Positions 60,022 through 64,000 of a stretch of DNA of 64,000 nucleotides are shown here, piece after piece (the stretch's first letter is position 1; every line of letters starts with the position of its first letter). This DNA is from Octopus vulgaris (taxonomy: Eukaryota). The translations under genes were made by a program, and so were the position numbers. The DNA is taken from the NCBI GenBank assembly GCA_951406725.2, contig OX597814.1, positions 115,196,001 to 115,260,000 of the forward strand, in the 5' to 3' direction. The notes beneath the pieces were generated by a model that was not told the DNA's origin, did not search any database, and was given only the letters and a program-made list of their open reading frames with translations.

Positions 60022-60780
60022 GTAAACATAAGTATTTTATATATTATAGTTATAAATCTGCAGGCAGCTAAAACTGTTACATATATATAAATTACAAAAA
60101 AAAGCACCTTTTATCAATCCAAAATGAAACACCATTCTAGATAGTGTAATTTCAGTTTTCATTTTGAATTGATATATATATATCTATCGGATAACGGCTT
60201 CTTGTATTACCTCTTCTTTGTGCATGTATCATTTACATATGTGTGTTTAATATCTTTTACAAGGAAAAGGTTGGCAGTGACTTCGAAGTTTCAGGTTGCT
60301 TATCTTCACCAAACTGATGAAAGGAAATGAGTCGATACTTCGAAGACAGTCGACTCTTGCTCTTATTTTTATGTTTAACGAGTATCGCAAACAGCAGTAG
60401 CTTTCTTCAACCGAATACACGTCGTTGATTACCCAAATATGACAACTTTAACACGAAATAACTTCTAAAACAGGAAATTTTGTCAAAAATGTTCAGAGTA
60501 AACCGTGTTCTACGTGAGAAATTCTACCAGTTTCAAACTGTTTAGTTAAAAATATAATTAAAAAATCTGTGATTAAGATGGAATAGATCCAGTATCGATT
60601 GAGCATTGGAGTCGACGTAATTGAGTATCCCAGCCTCTCCTCAAAATTTCAGGTCTTTTGCCCTTGGTAGAAAAAGTTATTGTTGTAAATTAACGATCTC
60701 TGATGGTAGATTGCTACAAGCAACTGAACAAAGTCATCGCTGTCCAATGTCTTAAAATGAAAGTGCTACAGTATTTTTTA

Positions 60781-61357
60781 TTTCTTTATTACCCATAGGG
60801 GGGGGGGTAAACATAGAGGGGATAAACAATGACAGACAGGCGGATGAAGTCGATTATATCAACCCCAGTGAGTAACTGGTACATGTTTAATCGACCCCGA
60901 AAGGCAAAGTTGACCTCGGCGGAATTTGAACTCAGAACGTAACGGCAGACGAAATATCTATTTCTTTGCTACCCACAAGGGGCTAAACACAGAGAGGACA
61001 AACATGGACAGACACACGGATTAAGTCGATTAGATCGACCCCAGTGCGTAACTGGTACCTAATTATCGACCCCGAATGGATGAAAGGCAAAGTCGGCCTC
61101 GGCTGAATTTGAACTCACAACGTAGCGGCAGACGAAATACCTATTTCTTTATTACCCACTAGGGGCTAAACACAGAGAGGACAAACAAGGACAGACATAG
61201 GTATTAAGTCGATTATATCGACCCCAGTGCGTAACTGGTACTTAATTTATCGACCCCGAAAGTCGACCTCGGCGGAATTTGAACTCAGAACGTAACGACA
61301 GACGAAATACGGCTACGCATTTCGCCCGGCGTGCTAACGATTCTGCCAGCTCGCCGC
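60781..61357 (-). mobile_element. SINE family 1, tandem trimer
   Basis: One head at 61357 and three body-plus-tail units joined at ACGAAATAYCTATTTCTTT (plus strand, about 60950 and 61135). Confidence 0.85.
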
Positions 61358-61495
61358 GCATGTATTACGGTGTACGATGATAACCAGCAACGATCTGTGG
61401 TCTTGTCTCAATTATTGACATCTTTATTGCTTTAGTTTCTAGTCTTTCTTTTTTGTTTCTACCACTTTATATTATTCTGATATGATCATCTAGGG

Positions 61496-61804
61496 CAGAG
61501 GTTATCAAACTTTTGGGGCCACCGCCCCCCACCCTCATGGCCACATAATACCCTCAACACCCACCTCTGTTTTTATGCATAAATTTTTAAAATTTATACT
61601 TTTTTCTAATTTATATGTACTATGAATCATTTGATATTTAAGATAATATATAATTTGTATATGATACTATAATAATATTATAAATTCATAAACGTCTCCC
61701 AATGCCTCCTTTTTCTCTACCACCACCTTAGACACCAGCACCCACCCGGACCCCTCAACGCCCACCGTGGGGGGGGGGGGTAGCGCCCACTTTGAGAACC
61801 TATG
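61496..61804. mobile_element. hAT (Charlie-type) MITE
   Basis: TIRs CAGAGGTTATCAAACT and ACTTTGAGAACCTATG; 8-bp TSD ATCTAGGG / AACTAGGG (7 of 8 match). Confidence 0.8.
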
Positions 61805-62983
61805 AACTAGGGTAATTAGGGTAATTGACAATGAGAACGATAATAAAGGAGAGGATAACGATATAGATAGAGAGGGTGGTTCAAGAAAGAGGTACGATGG
61901 TGAATATAGATTGGAAGAGAGAGAGAAAGATAGAGAGAGATGATTTATAATCAATGTGTTGTAAACAGAAGGAAAGAGAAATACAGATAGAGGGGAGGGT
62001 GATCGAGAGAGAGGAGGAAAAGAGAATGATGAAGATAGAGGAGTAATAAAAATTGGTGAGAAGAGAAAGAGAGGGAGGGGTGATAAAGGGAGGTCGTGTA
62101 ATGAAGGAAGGGAGAAAATGATAAAGAGAGTGAAAACGGGAAAGTGTCAGACATAACAGGAAGTGGTAAAGAATGAGAAATAGTGTAATAATGGAAGTGG
62201 GAGAGTAATCCCCAGAGGCAGGTGGGAAGCCGGGTGATAAAAGACCAGAAGCAGAGGAATGAAATGGCGGGAGTAAAAAATGAGTGACAGCCATAAATAA
62301 AGGAAAGATAATTAGGGTCAATATATAAAGAAATGGGGTAATTAAATTTGACGTTTGTCTTGCTTGTATTTGACAGATTATTGGGGAAATGCTAAATGTT
62401 AATGGCAGTGTAAAGGTTCGATAATCTACTGAATAAAATTCTCATGGACACAGTCAGTCAACCATTCCTTTCAAGAACATCAATCTCTCCCTCTCTCTCG
62501 CTCGCTCTCCCCCTCTCTTTTAACTCATCTCGGTAGCTTGTTTGCTTGTTATTTATATATATATATATATATATATATCGACGTACGTATGTTATTTGAG
62601 TTTAATTTAAGCTCTTGACAGAGTTCAGACCGGTTGCTAACAAAACAAGACTTTTTGTGTTAAGACAGTTCCTAGCGTTTGTGGCCATATGGTTGAGTTG
62701 GTGCGTTGGTTGAACTGTCCTCCGCAATTCCCAAATTTTATTTTGGTTCACGGGAGCAACTGCCTTCCGAAGCCTCATATTGTCGTTAATTGCTCGAAAT
62801 GAAGAGTAGATTGGCAGCCGACAACTGATGAAGGGTCATTCTTTATGTTACTTGTCTTGTTTTCCATTTGTTTCTCTCGTTGTTCGCATACCCAAGTTTG
62901 CCTTTGTATTTCATGTTGTTCACGTTTTGTGAGATCCTGTACCCATATATGCATATATACATACATATATACGTATGTATGTA

Positions 62984-63031
<48 letters not shown>

Positions 63032-63067
63032 TGAACGCCACGCATCCATTTCCAAGTAAGTTTAAAG

Positions 63068-63118
<51 letters not shown>

Positions 63119-63766
63119 TATGAATTGGTAATATCTGTAAGTTGATGATTGAAATGAATTTGCTCCTCCAATTTCTATTTTACATTCAATATTTTACCTT
63201 CCAATATTTTACCTTTGCCCATCTAATACAATAAATGAATTAATTGCATTGCAATTATAAGCATTTATATATTTGGCATTTGGGTGCTTCACCAGCAGTA
63301 TATTGGATAACTGATATCCCATAGTGGGTTACACTCATAACCCCTATCTCACTTTGTACTTTTAAGTTAATTTTTTGAGGAATTGCATTGCTAATTGCTT
63401 ATGTACATGAAGTATCTATTCAATACTTTAAGTGTTGTTAGTATAAGTGAGTGCATTCAAGTATAGTACATCAATTCCTCAGGATGAATATTGCTGGTAA
63501 AATGGAAAAGATTTGGATCAATTCACCAATGAAAGATATACCCATACCTACCAGGGACCACTATACTAAGGAGCTTATATATATATATATATATATATAA
63601 ACAAGTCAAATTGCGATAAAATAAAATTAATTATTATCGCTGGTGAAACTAGCTCAGGCCATATATTATTCATATATCAGTACATTAAAGGCGAAATATG
63701 AGCTAGAAACACAGAAGCTAGATAAATTTAGTGAAATGAAAATAAAAACATTTACTAACTCGGTTC

Positions 63767-63840
63767 CTCTTAGACTGCAGTTTCGTTCTTTTCATCAATA
63801 AATATAATTTATTTGCTCAGGGAGAATTCATCGGTATGAG
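63767..63840 (-). ncRNA. Type I hammerhead motif with extended stem II
   Basis: Minus strand CTCATA-CCGATGA-ATTCT...AGAAC-GAAA-CTGCAG-TC-TAAGAG: palindromic stem III, stem I 5 of 6 pairs, U4C core, first stem II pair mismatched. Confidence 0.7.
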
Positions 63841-64000
63841 CCCTGTTGTTCTGAGATCCTAACTCACTAGAAGCATATATATATGTATGGCTTTGTTAAG
63901 CAGTGCCTATTTTTACAATTCTGTAAATAATAATAATAGTGTAAAGTGGTGAACTGACCGAAACGCTGGCACGCCGGGCGAAATGCTCAGCGGTATATCG

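Noticed and set aside
60313-60360. CTGATGA next to a hairpin (also CTGATGAG at 33681, CTGAAGA at 42638, minus-strand GAAACGCG near 59714)
   Set aside because: No correctly placed GAAA, stem II or stem I partner.

Overview
AT-rich, microsatellite-dense animal genomic DNA. The SINE/LINE repertoire suggests a coleoid cephalopod such as Octopus (inference). One host gene is present: six internal + strand exons of a TRPC-family channel (7175-7666, 41672-41848, 45189-45353, 53226-53484, 56530-56669, 59922-60021), with GT-AG junctions in consistent phase. The introns hold decayed transposons: two CR1/L2-type LINE copies, a Tc1 IR/DR element, Penelope-like (PLE) fragments, three stacked Tx1/L1-type 3' ends at (GATA)n, an R4/Dong-type fragment in (TAA)n, a Helitron, hAT and other MITEs, and several SINE families. 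The signal not shown by the ORF track is about 12 type I hammerhead ribozyme (HHR) motifs, intact to decayed, in at least five non-coding element families. These include a tRNA-headed, hammerhead-tailed SINE-like element in head-to-head arrangement (about 7719-8070) and a 4-kb near-perfect palindrome (14084-18094) with an HHR in each arm. Most long ORFs in the track are translations of (TA)n/(CATA)n repeats. All alignments and folds were done by eye, and element boundaries are approximate unless a TSD or TIR is quoted.
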